Shown here: in pieces, positions 1 through 13,617 of the stretch | Numbering within the stretch: the stretch's first letter is position 1 | Layout: every line of letters starts with the position of its first letter | Origin: Squalus acanthias | Lineage: Eukaryota | Length of the DNA stretch: 64,000 nt | Assembly (NCBI GenBank): GCA_030390025.1 | Contig: CM059432.1 | Coordinates: forward strand, 71,674,001 to 71,738,000 | Reading direction: 5' to 3' | Notes under the pieces: model-generated | Told to the model about the DNA's origin: nothing | Databases searched by the model: none | The model's input: only the letters and a program-made list of their open reading frames with translations | Position numbers and translations under genes: made by a program

Positions 1-2560
1 TCCAGGTGTGGCCTCACCAAGGCCCTGTACAACTGCAGCATCACCTCCCTACTCCTGTACTCAAATCCCCTTACTATGAAGGCCATCATTCCGTTTGCTT
101 TCTTGACTGCCTGCTGCACTTGCATTCCCACCTTCAGTGACTGATGTACCATGACGCCCAGGTCTCGTTGCACCTCCCCTTTCCCTAATCTGCCACCATT
201 CAGGTAATAGTCCGCCTCTCTATTTTTACCACCAAAGTGGATAACCTCACATTTATCCACATTGTACTTCATCTGCCATACATTTGCCCATTCACCCAAC
301 CTGTCCAAGTCACTCTGTAGCCTCCTAGCATCCTCCTCATTGTTCACACTGCCTCCCAATTTAGTGTCATCCGCAAATTTGGAGATATTACATTTAATCC
401 CTTCGTCCAAATCATTAATATATAATGTAAACAGCTGGGGTCCCAGCACCGAACCCTGCGGTACCCCGCTGGTCACTGCCTGCCATTCTGAAAAGTACCC
501 ATTTACTCCTACTCTTTGTTTCCTGTGTGCCAACCAGTTCTCAATCCACGTCAACACATTACCCCCAATCCCATGTGCTTTAACTTTGCTCACCAATCTC
601 TTGTGTGGGACCTTGTCGAAGGCCTTCTGAAAGTCCAAATACACCACATCTACTGGTTCCCCCCTGTCCACCCTATTGGAAACATCCTCAAAAAATTCCA
701 GAAGATTTGTCAAGCATGATTTCCCTTTCACAAATCCATGCTGACTTGGACCTATCATGTCGCCACTTTCCAAATGGTCTGTTATGACATCTTTAATAAT
801 TGCTTCCATCATTTTACCCACGACCGATGTCAGGCTGACCGGTCTATAATTCCCTGCTTTCTCCCTCCCTCCTTTTTTAAAAAGAGGGGTTACATTGGCC
901 ACCCTCCACTCCATCGGAACTGATCCAGAGTCTAAGGAATGTTGGAAAATGATCGTCAATGCATCCACTATTTCCAAGGCCACCTCCTTAAGTACTCTGG
1001 GATGCAGACCATCAGGCCCCGGGGATTTTTCAGCCTTCAGTCCCATCAATTTCCCCAATACCTTTTCCCGACTAATAAGGATTTCCCTCAGCTCCTCCCT
1101 CTTACCAGATCCTCTGACCCCTTTTATTTCCGGCAGGTTGTGTGTGTCCTCCACAGTAAACACCGAACCAAAGTACTTGTTCAATTGATCTGCCATTTCC
1201 TTGTTCCCCATTACGACTTGCCCTGTTTCCGACTGCAGGGGACCTACGTTTGTTTTTACTAACCTCTTTCTTTTTACATATTTATAGAAGCTTTTGCAGT
1301 CCATTTTAATGTTCTCTGCAAGCTTCCTTTCATATTTTATTTTCCCTGCCCTAATCAAACCCTTCGTCCTCCTTTGCTGAGTTTTGAAGTTCTCCCAGTC
1401 CCCGGGTTTGCTGCTACTTCTGGCCAATTTGTATGCAACTTCCTTGGTTTTAATACTATCCCTGATTTCCCTTGTTAGCCATGGTTGAGCCACCTTCCCT
1501 TTTTTATTTTTACGCCAGACCGGGATGTACAATTGTTGTAGTTCATCCATGCGATCTCTAAATGTCTGCCATTGCCCTTCCACTGATAGCCCCTTAAATA
1601 TCGCTTGCCAATTTAACCTCGCCAATTCACGCCTCATACCCTCAAAGTTGCCCTTATTTAAGTTCTGGACCATGGTCTCTGACTTAACTGTTTCCTTCTC
1701 CATCCTAATGTAGAACTCCACCATACTATGGTCACTCTTCCCCAGGGGGCCTCGTACCACAAGATTGCTGATTAGTCCTTCCTCATTACACAACACCCAG
1801 TCCAGGATGGCCTCCCCTCGAGTTGGTTCCTCAACATATTGGTTTAGGAAACCATCCCTTAAACACTCCAGGAAATCCTCCTCCACCGTATTGCTTCCAG
1901 TTTGAGTAGCCCAATCTATATGCATATTAAAGTCACCCATGATAACTGCCGTGCCTTTTTTGCACGCACCTCTGATTTCCTGTTTCATACCCTCCCCCAC
2001 CTCACCACTGCTGTTTGGAGGTCTGTACACAACTCCCACTAACGTTTTCTGCCCTTTGGTGTTCTGCAGCTCAACCCATATTGATTCCACATCCTCCAAG
2101 CTGATGTCCTTCCTAGCTATTGCATTAATCTCCTCTTTAACCAGCAATGCTACCCCACCCCCTTTTCCTTTTATTCTATCCTTTCTGAATGTTGAATACC
2201 CCTGGATGTTCAGTTCCCAGCCTTGATTGTTCTGGAGCCACGTCTCTGTAATCCCAATCACATCGTATCCGTTAACATCTATTTGCACAGTCAATTCATC
2301 CACCTTATTACGGATACTCCTTGCATTAAGACACAGAGCCTTTAGGCTTATTTTATTAACATCCTTTGTCCTTTTAGACTTATGATTTAGTATGGCCCTT
2401 TGTGTTTCTTGCCTTTGTTTACTCGGCCTTCCCCTATTGTTTCTCACCCTTCTAACATTTGTTTCTGACTGCATATTACTTCCCCCTGTTTCGCTACATA
2501 GTTTCCCCTTCCCCTGCCATATTAGTTTAAATCCTCCCGAACTGCTTTAGCAAATATTAC
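1..2560 (-). mobile_element. CR1 LINE (copy A): end of ORF1 plus ORF2 (APE endonuclease + RT), running off the left edge
   Basis: The minus strand reads CLNARSIRNKVDEL..ITETWLQ near 2330-2230, then RT motifs (QHGF, KAFDKVPH, GVPQGSVLGP, FADD) toward position 1. The ORF1 stop context TTTAAACTAA lies at ~2522-2531. Confidence 0.93.
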
Positions 2561-5500
2561 CCCCTACATTCATATCGAAATCATTAATGTACACTACAAA
2601 CAGCAAAGGACCCAACACCGATCCCTGTGGTACACCACTGGACACAGGCTTCCAGTCACAAAGACAACCTTCAACCATCACCCTCTGCCTCCTGCCACTA
2701 AGCCAATTTTGGATCCAATGTGCCAAGTTGCCCTGGATCCCATGGGCTTTTATCTTCTTGACCAGTCTCCCATGCGGGACTTTGTCAAAAGCCTTACTGA
2801 AGTCCATGTAAACCACATCAACTGCACTACCCTCATCCACACACCTAATCACCCCCTCAAAAAATTCAATAAAATTGGTCAGACATGATTTCCCCCTGAC
2901 AAAGCCATGCTGACTATCCTTGATTAATCCTTGCCTCTCCAAGTGGAGACTAATTCTGTCCCTCAGAATTTTTTCCAATAATTTCCCTACCACTGATGTT
3001 AGGCTCACTGGCCTGTAATTCCCTGGTTTATCCCTACTACCCTTCTTGAATAATGGTACTACGTTAGCTGTTCTCCAATCCTCTGGCACCTCCCCTGTGG
3101 CCAGAGAGGTTCTGAAAATTTGTGTCAGAGCCCCTGCAATCTCCTCCCTTGCCTCACACAGCAGCCTGGGATACATCTCGTCTGGGCCTGGGGATTTATC
3201 CACTTTTAAGCCCGCTAAAACCTCTAGTACCTCCTCCCTCTCAATACTAATTTGTTCCAGTATATCACAATCCCCCTGCCTGATTTCTATGCCTACATCG
3301 TCCTTCTCCATAGTGAACACAGATGCAAAATATTCATTTAAAACCTCACCTACATCTTCCGGCTCAACACACAGATTGCCACTTTGGTCCCTAATGGGCC
3401 CTACTCTTTCCCTGGTTATCCTCTTGCCCTTAATATACCTATAAAACACCTTGGGATTTTCCTTTATTTTGCTCGCCAGTGTTTTTTCATGCCCCCTCTT
3501 GGCTCTCCTAATTTCTTTTTTAAGTACCCCCCTGCACTTTCTATACTCCTCTAGGGCTGTCACTGTTTTTAGTCCTTTGTATCTGCCAAAAGCCTCCCTT
3601 TTTTTCCTACTCCATTCTTGTATATCCCTTGACATCCAGGGTTCCCTGGGCTTGTTGGTCCCACCCTTGACCTTTACGGGAACATGTTGGCGTTGTACTC
3701 GCTCTATTTCCTTTCTGAAAGACTCCCACTGCTCTGATGTGGATTTTCCTACAAGTAGCTGATCCCAGTCCACTTTGGCCAGATCCTGCCTTATCATATT
3801 AAAATCGGCCTTCCCCCAATTTAGACCCTTTATTTCCAGTCCATCTTTGTCCTTTTCCATGACTACCTTAAATCTCACCAAATTATGGTCACTGTCACCA
3901 AAATGCTCTCCTACTGACACTTCCACCACTTGCCCGGCTACATTCCCTAGAATTAGGTCCAATACCGCCCCCTCTCTTGTAGGAATTTCTACATGCTGGC
4001 TCAAAAAGCTCTCCTGGATGCACTTTAAGAATTCCGCACCCTCTAAGCCTTTCACACTCTGACTATCCCAGTTAATATTGGGGAAGTTGAAATCCCCTAC
4101 TATTATTACCCTATTATTTCTACACTTCTCTGAGATTTGCCTACATATCTGTTCCTCTATCTCCCCCTGACTGTTTGGGGGCCTATAGTACACTCCCAGC
4201 AAAGTGCTTGCCCCCTTTTTGTTTTTAAGTTCTACCCATATGGCCTCATTAGAGGAACCTGCTAAGATATCATCCCTCCTTACAGCAGTAATTGACTCCT
4301 TGATTAATATTGCAACACCCCCTCCTCTTTTACACCCCCCTCTGCCTCGCCTGAAGATTCTATACCCTGGAATATTGAGTTGCCAGTCCTGTCCCTCCCT
4401 CAACCATGTCTCTGTGATAGCAACAATATCATACTCCCATGTGTTCATCAACACCTTCAATTCATGTGCCTTCCTTGCAAGACTCCTTGCATTAAAATAA
4501 ATGCCATCCAGCCTTGCCATACTCCCTTGTGCCATTACATATTTGCTCTGCCTTCCAGGCTGACTTGTTTTTTCCTCTATATTTGGCTGTGCATCACCCC
4601 CTACTATAGCTCCACTCCGTATCCCATCCCCCTGCCAAATTAGTTTAAACCCCCCCCAACAACACTAGCAAACCTCCCCGCAAGGATGTTGGTCCCGTTC
4701 TGGTTCAGGTGCAACCCGTCCGACTTGTACAGGTCCCACCTTCCCCAGAAGCAGACCCAGTGATCCAGGAAACTAAAGCCCTCCCTCCTGCACCAACTCT
4801 TTAGCCACGCATTCATCTGCTCTATCCTCTTATTCCTATACTCACTAGCACGTGGCACCGGGAGTAATCCAGAGATTACAACCTTTGAGGTCCTGCTTTT
4901 TAATCTGCGACCTACCTCCCTAAATTCTTGTTGCAGGACCTCATCCCTCTTTCTACCCATGTCGTTGGTACCAATGTGAACCACGCCCTCTGACTGTTCA
5001 CCCTCCCCCTTCAGAATTCCCTGCAGCCTTGACCCTGGCACCAGGAAGGCAACATAACATCCTGGAGTCACGTCTGCGGCCACAGAAACGTCTATCTGTT
5101 CCCCTTACGATAGAATCCCCTATCACTATTGCTCTCCCACTCTTTTTCCTCCCCTCCTGTGCAGCTGAGCCACTCATAGTGCCATGGTCTTGGGTCTTGC
5201 TGCATTCCCCTGAGAAACCATCTCCCCCAACAGTATCCAAAACGGAAAATCTGTCAGAGAGGGAGATGGACCCAGGGAACTCCTGCACTACCTTCCTAGT
5301 TCTTTTACTCTGTCTGGCGGTCACCCATTCCCTGTCTGCCTGTGCACTCTTTACCTCGTTAAACATGCTATCCACGAAGATCTCAACTTCGCAGATGCTC
5401 CACAGTGACTCCAGCCGCAGCTCCAGCTCCGAAACGCGGATTTCAAGTAGCTGCAGCTGGAGACACTTCCTGCACATGTGTTCGCCCTGGACACCAAAAG

Positions 5501-5580
5501 TGTCCCTGACTTCCCACATAGCACAGGAGGAGCACTCCACGCTGCCAAGCTGCCCTGCCATGTCCTACCCTTAATTTACT
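2561..5580 (-). mobile_element. CR1 LINE (copy B): frameshifted ORF1 and ORF2 cut off in RT by copy A
   Basis: ORF 2547-4535 encodes APE + RT up to INDFDMNVGG, where copy A begins. ORF1 pieces are at 4998-5561 and 4640-5083. Confidence 0.93.
4640..5561 (-). pseudogene. CR1 ORF1p: zinc finger + coiled coil + SGNH esterase, with a frameshift near 5030
   Basis: CSSC..CRKC, leucine heptads, and the SGNH blocks IGDS, HIGTND and DGLH, split across two frames. Confidence 0.88.
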
Positions 5581-5768
5581 CTCTTTGATCTGCCTGTTCT
5601 GCATGGTTCCGGCGGTCGTTAGGTGTACGTGCACAAACCCCTTTACAAATATGGTGACTGGTGCACTTCCCATTGGAAGTGTGCGGCCGCATTGTGGATG
5701 CCATTTTCGACCTTTAGGAGGCTTCATGGCACCCAAAAAACGGGCGCTACAGAGCCCAATTTAGCCCC
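5581..5768. mobile_element. Terminal remnant of a Harbinger-type MITE
   Basis: GC-rich segment ending AATTTAGCCCC, which matches the GGGG-N-AAATT terminus type seen in other MITEs here. Confidence 0.45.
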
Positions 5769-6807
5769 TGCAGAGTCTAAACCATAAAGTATAAACCAGT
5801 AATTATAAATTAGATTTAAATTACATACAGAAAGTGAAATAAAGATTGGGAAAGACAAATGGGAATAAGAGAGAGAGAGAGAAGTAAAAAATATTTTCTT
5901 TTTTTTAAAATCCCCAACGCTAATTAACTACTGAAGGAATGAGACTCCACATTTGTAAAATTAAATTTTCAGGGCCAGAGAGGTTGTTTGGCAGTAATTA
6001 TCACGTATCATGTCATTAAAAATTAATTTACTCCTGAATGCACCAACCCTAACATTTTCTGGCGTGTTTAATGGGTAACTAGTGGGTAAGTACCCGAACT
6101 TCATGCGTTGCATGTCTTTCAATGCCGAGTCAATTGGCGGTTCTGTTAAAGCGCAGACTGTGGAGGAGTAGGGTAACTCGGACTGCATTGAGCACAGGCT
6201 TTCCGGCAGGGTTCCCAGTGCAACAAGCATTTAGGTGTGTACACCCATCAGCCTTCTTCTGTAGCCTGGCTCATTGAAGTCCTCATCTGTGTCCTCTGCA
6301 GCAGAACTAGTGTGCGACCATGCCCACCAGCGAACTGGCACCTGCACTATCCTTTCCCCCATCCTGGCTCCTACACACTTGTTCCTGGTAGTTCACCATG
6401 TGCAGATCCCTCCTCTATCCTATCCTCTAAAATATGTGGAGTCTCAGTATCTAAGCTGGTGGCTGCCACTGTGAAATTGAGTGATGGTGTCTCTTCATCT
6501 TCACTTTCTTCTTCCTGTTCCTCTACTGCCTGGGCAGGTTCCAGTTCTTGAGTATCTGAAATGAATATTACAGTGCTGGAGAGAGAGGATGTGACTATTA
6601 CAGTGCTGGAGAGGGAGGATGTCCTGGAGGAGTCAAGGACAGAATCTATTTGTTTAGAGTTGAGAAACAATAGAGGTGCAATTACACTAGTTGGTGTATT
6701 CTATAGGCCAACAACTAGTGGGAAGGATAGAGAGGAGCAAATTTGCAGGGAAATTACAGAAAGGTGCAAGAATTATAGAGTAGAGTTAATGGGGGACTTC
6801 AATTATC

Positions 6808-9461
6808 ATAAGAACATAAGAACATAAGAAATAGGAGCAGGAGTAGGCCAATCGGCCCCTCGAGCCTGCTCCGCCATTCAATAAGATCATGGCTGATCTG
6901 ATCCTAACCGCCAATCTACTATCTACTATCACAGAACCATCTCCTGCATCTAACAGAATTGCACACACGAAATAGGAGCAGAATCAGGCTACACGGTCCC
7001 TGGGCCCGCTCCACTACCCACAGGGCCATGACCGATCCGAACCTAGACTCATGTCCAAATTCCTGCCCGCTCCCCGTAACCCTTAATGCCCTTTACTTCT
7101 AGGAAACTGTCTATTTCTGTTTTAAATTTATTTAATGATGTAGCTTCTACAGCTTTTTGTGGCAGCATATTCCATGGACCTACCACCCTCTGAGTGAAGT
7201 AGTTCCTCCTCATCTCAGTTTTGAAAGAGCAGCCCCTTATTCTAAGACTATGTCCCCTAGTTCTAGTCTCACCCGTCATCGGGAACATCCTCCCCGCATC
7301 CACCCGATCCAACCCCTTCACAATCTTATATGTTTCAACAAGATCGCCTCTCATTCTTCTGAACTCCAATGAGTAGAGTCCCAATCTACCCAACCTCTCC
7401 TCATATGACCACCCCCTCATCCCCGGGATTAACCGAGTGAACCTTCTTTGTACTGCCTCGAGAGCAAGGATGTCTTTCCTTAAGTAAGGACACCAAAACT
7501 GTATGCAGTATTCCAGGTGCGGTCTCACCAATACCTTGTACAACTGAAGCAATACCTCCCTATTTTTATATTCTATCCCCCTAGCAATGAAAGCCAACAT
7601 TCCATTTGCCTTCTTAATCACTTGCTGCACCTGCATACTAACCTTTTGAGTTTCGTGCACCAGGACCCCCAGATCCCTTTGCACTTTAGTACTCTCCAGT
7701 TTCTTGCCATTAAGATAATAAATTGCTCTAGGATTTTTCCTGCCAAAGTGCATCACCTCACACTTTCCAGTGTTGTATTCCATCTGCCAAATCTCTGCCC
7801 ACTTACTTAGCCTGTTTATGTCCCCTTGCAGGTTTTTTATGTCCTCCTCACTCACTACTTTCCCTCCCATCTTAGTATCATCTGCAAATTTTGATATGTT
7901 ACACTTGGTCCCTTCCTCCAAATCGTTAATATAGATTGTAAAGAGTTGGGGACCCAGCACTGACCCCTGTGGAACACCACTAGTTACTGATTGCCAGTCT
8001 GAGAATGAACCATTTATCCCAACTCTTTGCTTTCTGTTAGATAGCCAATCCTCTATCCATGCCAGAATATTACCCCCAATCCCGTGATTTTTTACCTTAA
8101 GCAATAATCTTTTGTGTGGCACCTTGTCAAATGCCTTTTGGAAGTCTAAATACACTACGTCCACTGGTTCCCCTTTATCCACTCTATATGTTACTTCCTC
8201 AAAGAACTCCAGCAAATTTGTCAAACATGACTTCCCCTTCGTAAAACCATGCTGACTTTGTCCTATTAAATTATGATTATCCAAATGTCCTGTTACTGTT
8301 TCCTTAATAATGGACTCCAAAATTTTACCTACCACAGATGTTAGGCTAACCGGTCTATAGTTACCAGCCTTCTGTCTACTGCCCTTTTTAAATAAGGGTG
8401 TTACATTAGCAGTTTTCCAGTCTGCCGGGACCTTAGCAGAATCCAGGGAGTTTTGAAAAATTATTACCAATGCATCCACAATCCCTACCGCCACTTCCTT
8501 CAAGACTCTAGGATGTAAGCCATCAGGTCCAGGTGATTTATCCGCCTTGAGTCCCATTATTTTACCGAGTACCACTTCCTTAGTGGTTTTGATCGTGTTT
8601 AGCTCCTCTCCCCCTATAGCCCCCTGTTTGTCCAGTGTTGGGATATTCTTAGTGTCCTCTACTGTAAAGACTGATACAAAATATTCATTCAGTGTTTTTG
8701 CCATCTCCATATTTCCCACCATTAATTTCCCGGTCTCATCCTCTAAGGGACCAACATTTACTTTAGCCACCCTTTTTCTTTTTATATAACTATAAAAACT
8801 CTTACTATCTGTTTTTATATTTTTTGCTAATTTACTTTCATAATCTATCTTCCCTTTCTTAATCAATCTTTTTGTTATTTTTTGCTGCCTTTTAAAGTTT
8901 TCCCAATCCTCTGTCCTCCCACTAGATTTCGCTACCTTATATGCCCTTGTTTTTAGTCGAATACTATCCTTAATTTCTTTACTTAGCCACGGATGACTGT
9001 CCTTTCTTTTACACCCTTTTCTTTTCAGTGGAATATATTTTTTTTGGAAGTTGTAAAATAACTCCTTGAATGTACACCACTGATCATGTGTCGTCTTACC
9101 CTTTAATCTATTTTCCCAATCCACTCTACTCAATTCCGCTCGCATACCTTCATAGTCACCTTTATTCAAGCTTAGCACGCTTGTTTGAGATCCAACCTTC
9201 TCACCCTCTAATTGAATATGGAATTCAACCATGTTATGGTCACTCATTCCAAGGGGATCCTTTACTAGGACATTTTTAATTAATCCTGTCTCGTTACACA
9301 GGACCAGATCTAAGGTTGCTTGCCCCCTGGTCGGTTCAGTTACATACTGCTCAAGAAACCCATCCCTTATACACTCAATGAACTCATTCTCAAGGCAGCC
9401 CTGCCCCATTTGATTTGTCCAATTAATATGATAGTTAAAATCCCCCATAATTATAGATGTT
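6808..9461 (-). mobile_element. 5'-truncated CR1 LINE (copy D) with an uninterrupted 799-aa ORF2 remnant
   Basis: ORF 7049-9448. (TCTTATGT)n tail at 6808-6830. Host copy C rejoins as GDFNY|PNIDW. Confidence 0.95.
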
Positions 9462-10646
9462 CCTAATATAGACTGGGATAGTAATAGTGTAAAAGGCAGA
9501 GAGGGGGAAGAATTTCTTAAGTGTGTTCAGGAGAACTTTCTTGATCAGTACATTTCCAGCCCAACGAAGAAGGAGGCATTGCTGGATCTGGTTCAGGGGA
9601 ATGAGGTGGGTCAAGTGGAGCAAGTGTCAGTAGGGGAAAATTTAGGGAACAGTGATCATAGTATCATAAGGTTTAGATTAGTTATGGAAAAGGAAAAGGA
9701 GCAATCTAGAGTAAAAATACTTAATTGTAGGAGGACCAATTTCAGTGGGTTGAGAACGGATCTGGCCTGGTTAAATTGGAATCAAAGATTGGCAGGCAAA
9801 AATGTAATCAAACAATGGGCTGCCTTTAAAGAGGGGATGGTTCGGGTACAGTTGAGGTACATTTCCACGAAGGGGAAAGGTAGGGCAACCAAAGCCAGAG
9901 CTTCCTGGATGACAAAAGAGATAGAGAGTAAGATGAAGCAGAAAAAGGGGCTGTATGACCGATGTCAGGTTGAGAATACAAGTAAGAACCAGGCTGAATA
10001 AAGAAAGTTCAGAGGGCAAGTGAAAAAGGACATAAGAGGGGCAAAGAGAGAGTATGAGAATAGACTGGCAGCTAACGTAAAAGGTAATCCAAAAGTCTTC
10101 TATAGGCATATAAATAGTAAACAGGTAGTAAGAGGAGGGGTGGGGCCAATTAAGGACCAAAAAGGAGACCTACACATGGAGGCAGAGGGCATGGCTGAGG
10201 TACTAAATGAATACTTTGCATCTGTCTTTACCAAGGAAGAAGATGCTGCCAAAGTCATCATGAAAGAGGAGGTTGTTGAGATACTGGATGGGCTAAAAAT
10301 TGATAAAGAGGAGGTACTAGAAAGTCTGGCTGTACTTAAAGTAGATAAGTCACCAGGACCGGATGGGATGCAGATAGGATGCTGGGGGAGGTAAGGATGG
10401 AAATTGCGGAGGTACTGGCGAAAATATTCCGATCCTCCTTAGATACGGGGGTGGTGCCAGGGGACTGGAGAATTGCAAATGTTAAACCCTTGTTCAAAAA
10501 AGGGTGTAAGGATAAGCCCAGCAACTACAGACCAGTCAGTTTAAATTCGGTAGTGGGGAAGCTTTTAGAAATGATAATCCGGGAAAACATTAACAGTCAC
10601 TTGGATTAATTAAGAAAAGTCAGCATGGATTTGTCAAAGGCAAATT

Positions 10647-11539
10647 GGGGGAGAAATTCAGTATCGCCCCATTTGGGGCGCAATTATCGGCCGGGCGCAA
10701 AGATTAGCGCCTGGCGCTAATTATCGCCACCGACTGCAAACTTGACTTTTATCGACCCTGGAGGTGATTGGAGCGCTAAATCAGGCGCTTCACACCTGTC
10801 TTAAGGCGCAAAGGCTGAGGAGCGAGGCGCTACCTCAGAGCGCTGGCGAAGCTCATGTAATGTCAGTCAGCAATGGAACACACACACAATGGCATGGGCC
10901 AGTTCTTAAAGGGGATGGTTGATCTTGCTTTCCATCCACATCCTGCACATTGCAGCCTTGAATCTCGGCCTGGAGAGACTTGCACATCAAATGTGCTGGA
11001 AAGAACAATGGAGAGTACCAGGCAAAGAGCTCAGAGTGCAGCCCCCACAATCTCTTCTAAATCGATGCAAGGAATGGCAAATCAAAATGAACCTGCAAAG
11101 TGCTGCTCAGTACCCAAAACTCCTTCACACAACGTTGAATCTCTCCAGAAGTCTCTCTCTCTCTCTCTCAGAATGCGTAGTTCAAAAATGGCACCAACAA
11201 TAAAAGGCAGGAAGCAGTCACCTTTAAATAGCGCTCCCCCTTTCCCTTCATGACTGCAGAACGCTCCCCTCAACCTGTCGTTGCTAGCGTCAGGCGGTAA
11301 GGCAGGGGGCGCCACTCAATATCCGCTCCGGGGCGATACCGGGGCGTTGCGCACTCGACTGACGTCACGATCTGCCGGCGCAGGAGATCGTGGCGGTAGT
11401 GTTTAGCGCTGCCGCAAAATGTCTAGTTAATTTCGCGAGCGGCACAAACTTCGCCGCGCCTGGGCGCTAGATGCTTTGCGCCCCATTAGCGCCCTCTTAA
11501 GGCGCTAACGGGAGGTGCAACCAACTGAATTTTTCCCCC
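10647..11539. mobile_element. 893-bp Harbinger-type MITE (family M1, copy 1)
   Basis: TIR GGGGGAGAAATTCAGT / ACTGAATTTTTCCCCC (1 mismatch in 16). TSD ATT at 10644-10646 and 11540-11542. It interrupts CR1 RT at QHGFVKGK|LCLINL. Confidence 0.92.
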
Positions 11540-12951
11540 ATTGTGTTTAATTAACTTGATTGAGTTTTTTGATGAGGTAACAGAGAGAGTTGATGAGGGT
11601 AATGTAGTTGATGTGGTGTACATGGACTTCCAAAATGCATTTGATAAAGTGCTACATAATAGACTTGCCAGCAAAGTGGAAGCCCATGGAATAAAAGGGA
11701 CAGTGGCAGCATCGATACGAAATTGGCTAAGTGACAGGAAACAGAGAGTAGCGGTGAATGGTTGTTTTTCGGACTGGAGGAAGTTATACAGTGGTGTTCC
11801 CCAGGGGTCGGTACTAGGACCACTGTATTTCTTGATATATATTAATGACTTGGACATGGGTGTACAGGGCACAATTCCAAAAGTTGCAGATGACACAAAA
11901 CTTGGAAGTATAGTGAACAGTGAGGAGGATAGTGATAGACTTCAAGAGGACGTAGATAGGCTGGTGGAATGGGCGAACACGTGGCAGATGAAATTTAACA
12001 CAGCAAAGTGCGAAGTGATACATTTTGGTAGGAAGAACAAGAAGAGGCAATATAAACTAAAGGGTACAATTCTAAAGGGGTTGCAGGAACAGAAAGACCT
12101 GGGGGTACATGTGCACAAATCATTGAAGGTGTCAGGGCAGGTTGAGAAAGTGGTTAAAAAAGCATATGGGATCCTGGGCTTCATAAATAGAGGCATAGAG
12201 TACAAAAGCAAGGAAGTTATGATGGGCCTTTATAAAATATTGTTTCGACCTCAACTGGAGTATTGTGTTCAATTCTGGGCACCGCACTTTAGTAAAGATG
12301 TGAAGGCCTTAGAGAGGGTGCAGAAAAGACTTACAAGAATGGTTCCAGGGATGAGGGACTTCAGTTATATGAGTAGACTGGAGAAGCTGGGGTTGTTCTC
12401 CTTAGAGCAGAGAAGATTGAGAGGAGATTTGATAGAAGTGTTCAAAATCATGAGGGGTCTAGACAGAGTAGACAGAGAGAAACTGTTCCCATTGGCGCAA
12501 GGGTCGAGAACCAGAGGACACAGATTTAAGGTGATTGGCAGAAGAACCAAAGGTGACATGAGGAAAAACTTTTTTACTCAGCGAGTGGTTAGGATCTGGA
12601 ATGCACTGGTTGAGAGGGTGGTGGAGGCAGATTCAATCATGGCTTTCAAAAGGGAATTAGGTAATTACCTGAACGAAAAAAAATTGCAGGGCTATGGGGA
12701 AAGGGCGGGGGAGTGGGACTAGCTGAAGTGCTCTTGAAGAGAGCCGGCATGGGCTCGACGGGCTGAATAGCCTCCTTCTGTGCTGTAACCATTCTAGGAT
12801 TCTATGAAAAAGGGACAAGAGTTTGGGTTGTGGTGAGAGGAGAAGAGAAATTAAGAAGTCCATGCTTACATCCTCTGCAGCTTCTCAGTCAGAAGAGATT
12901 GCTGGATGAGGATAAGTGGGATGAGAGAAGAAGGATTAGGTATGTGGATAC

Positions 12952-13617
12952 CCTCATCATCAATTGCTTCAGCCCTGCCGGTGGCCATGGCCTCAGCAAT
13001 GCCCCTTCCGATGATGGCCAGCACTGCCTCCTCCACAGGGGTTAAAACATGCAAGCGCGCCTCTCCCCCTCCAGTTAATTCCTGCTGCCTGCTGTTATGT
13101 GCCACCTTCTCCTGCAAGAAAGAGGGAAGTGTGTCAGTGAGTGTCATGCAATATGTTTGGGTGATGTGGCTGTCATAATTGACTAGCTGCTAGTGTTTGC
13201 GAGCTGTGAGATGTGGGTGTGAGGCTTGCAACAGTGCTAAGTGTGTGAGGGTGAGGTAAAGCATATGAATTATAGGGTTGTGTCCTGATTGATAGAGATT
13301 GTTGATAAATGGGTGATGGGGGGTAGTGAATTGAGCAGTGGATGAGGCTAGGGGTACAGTTGGTAGGATATTGCATTTGAAGATAAACTCACTCACCTTG
13401 ACAACTCGTGTGAGATCATTAAACTTCTTCCTACACTGCATCCAGGTTCTTGCAGCTATACACCTGGCATTGACCTCCGCCGTTATCTCTTCCCACTGCA
13501 TCCTGAGCATGTGTCTGGAGGATACAGGACATTTCTCTTCCGTTCCACCTCTTCCACCAAGACCTCCAGTGCAGTGTCTGAAAACCTTGGTGCGCACTCT
13601 CTACTATTTTCAGCCAT
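12952..13617 (-). pseudogene. Harbinger Myb/SANT (NAIF1/MSANTD-like) DNA-binding protein, exons 1-2, frameshifted
   Basis: MAENSRECAPRFSDTALEVLVEEV..WEEITAEVNA..RTWMQCRKKFNDLTRVVK, donor AAG|GTGAGT at 13396, acceptor TTGCAG at 13112, then EKVAHNSRQQELTGGG..LTPVEEAVLAIIG, donor at 12951. Confidence 0.8.

Larger units (their letters stand above)
6566..12803 (+). mobile_element. 5'-truncated CR1 LINE (copy C), interrupted by CR1 copy D and a MITE
   Basis: Plus-strand ORF2 pieces at 6561-6827, 9579-10609 and 11541-12722. 3' tail ATTCTAGGATTCTATG. ATGAA is duplicated at 6561-6565 and 12804-12808. There is a ~30-bp tandem duplication at the 5' end. Confidence 0.9.

Noticed and set aside
262..4643. 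Numerous plus-strand ORFs of 60-130 aa
   Set aside because: They are antisense shadows of CR1 ORF2. The same applies to similar ORFs over the other LINEs.
10873..11253. 126-aa and 124-aa ORFs shared by both M1 copies as a novel protein
   Set aside because: No recognisable domain, many amino-acid differences, and other frames are also open in both copies. Shared ancestry explains it.
12952..13617. Myb/SANT ORF as a domesticated host gene (NAIF1/MSANTD)
   Set aside because: It has a frameshift near 13515, a 6-kb insertion beside an acceptor, a disrupted exon 3, and a second decayed copy nearby.
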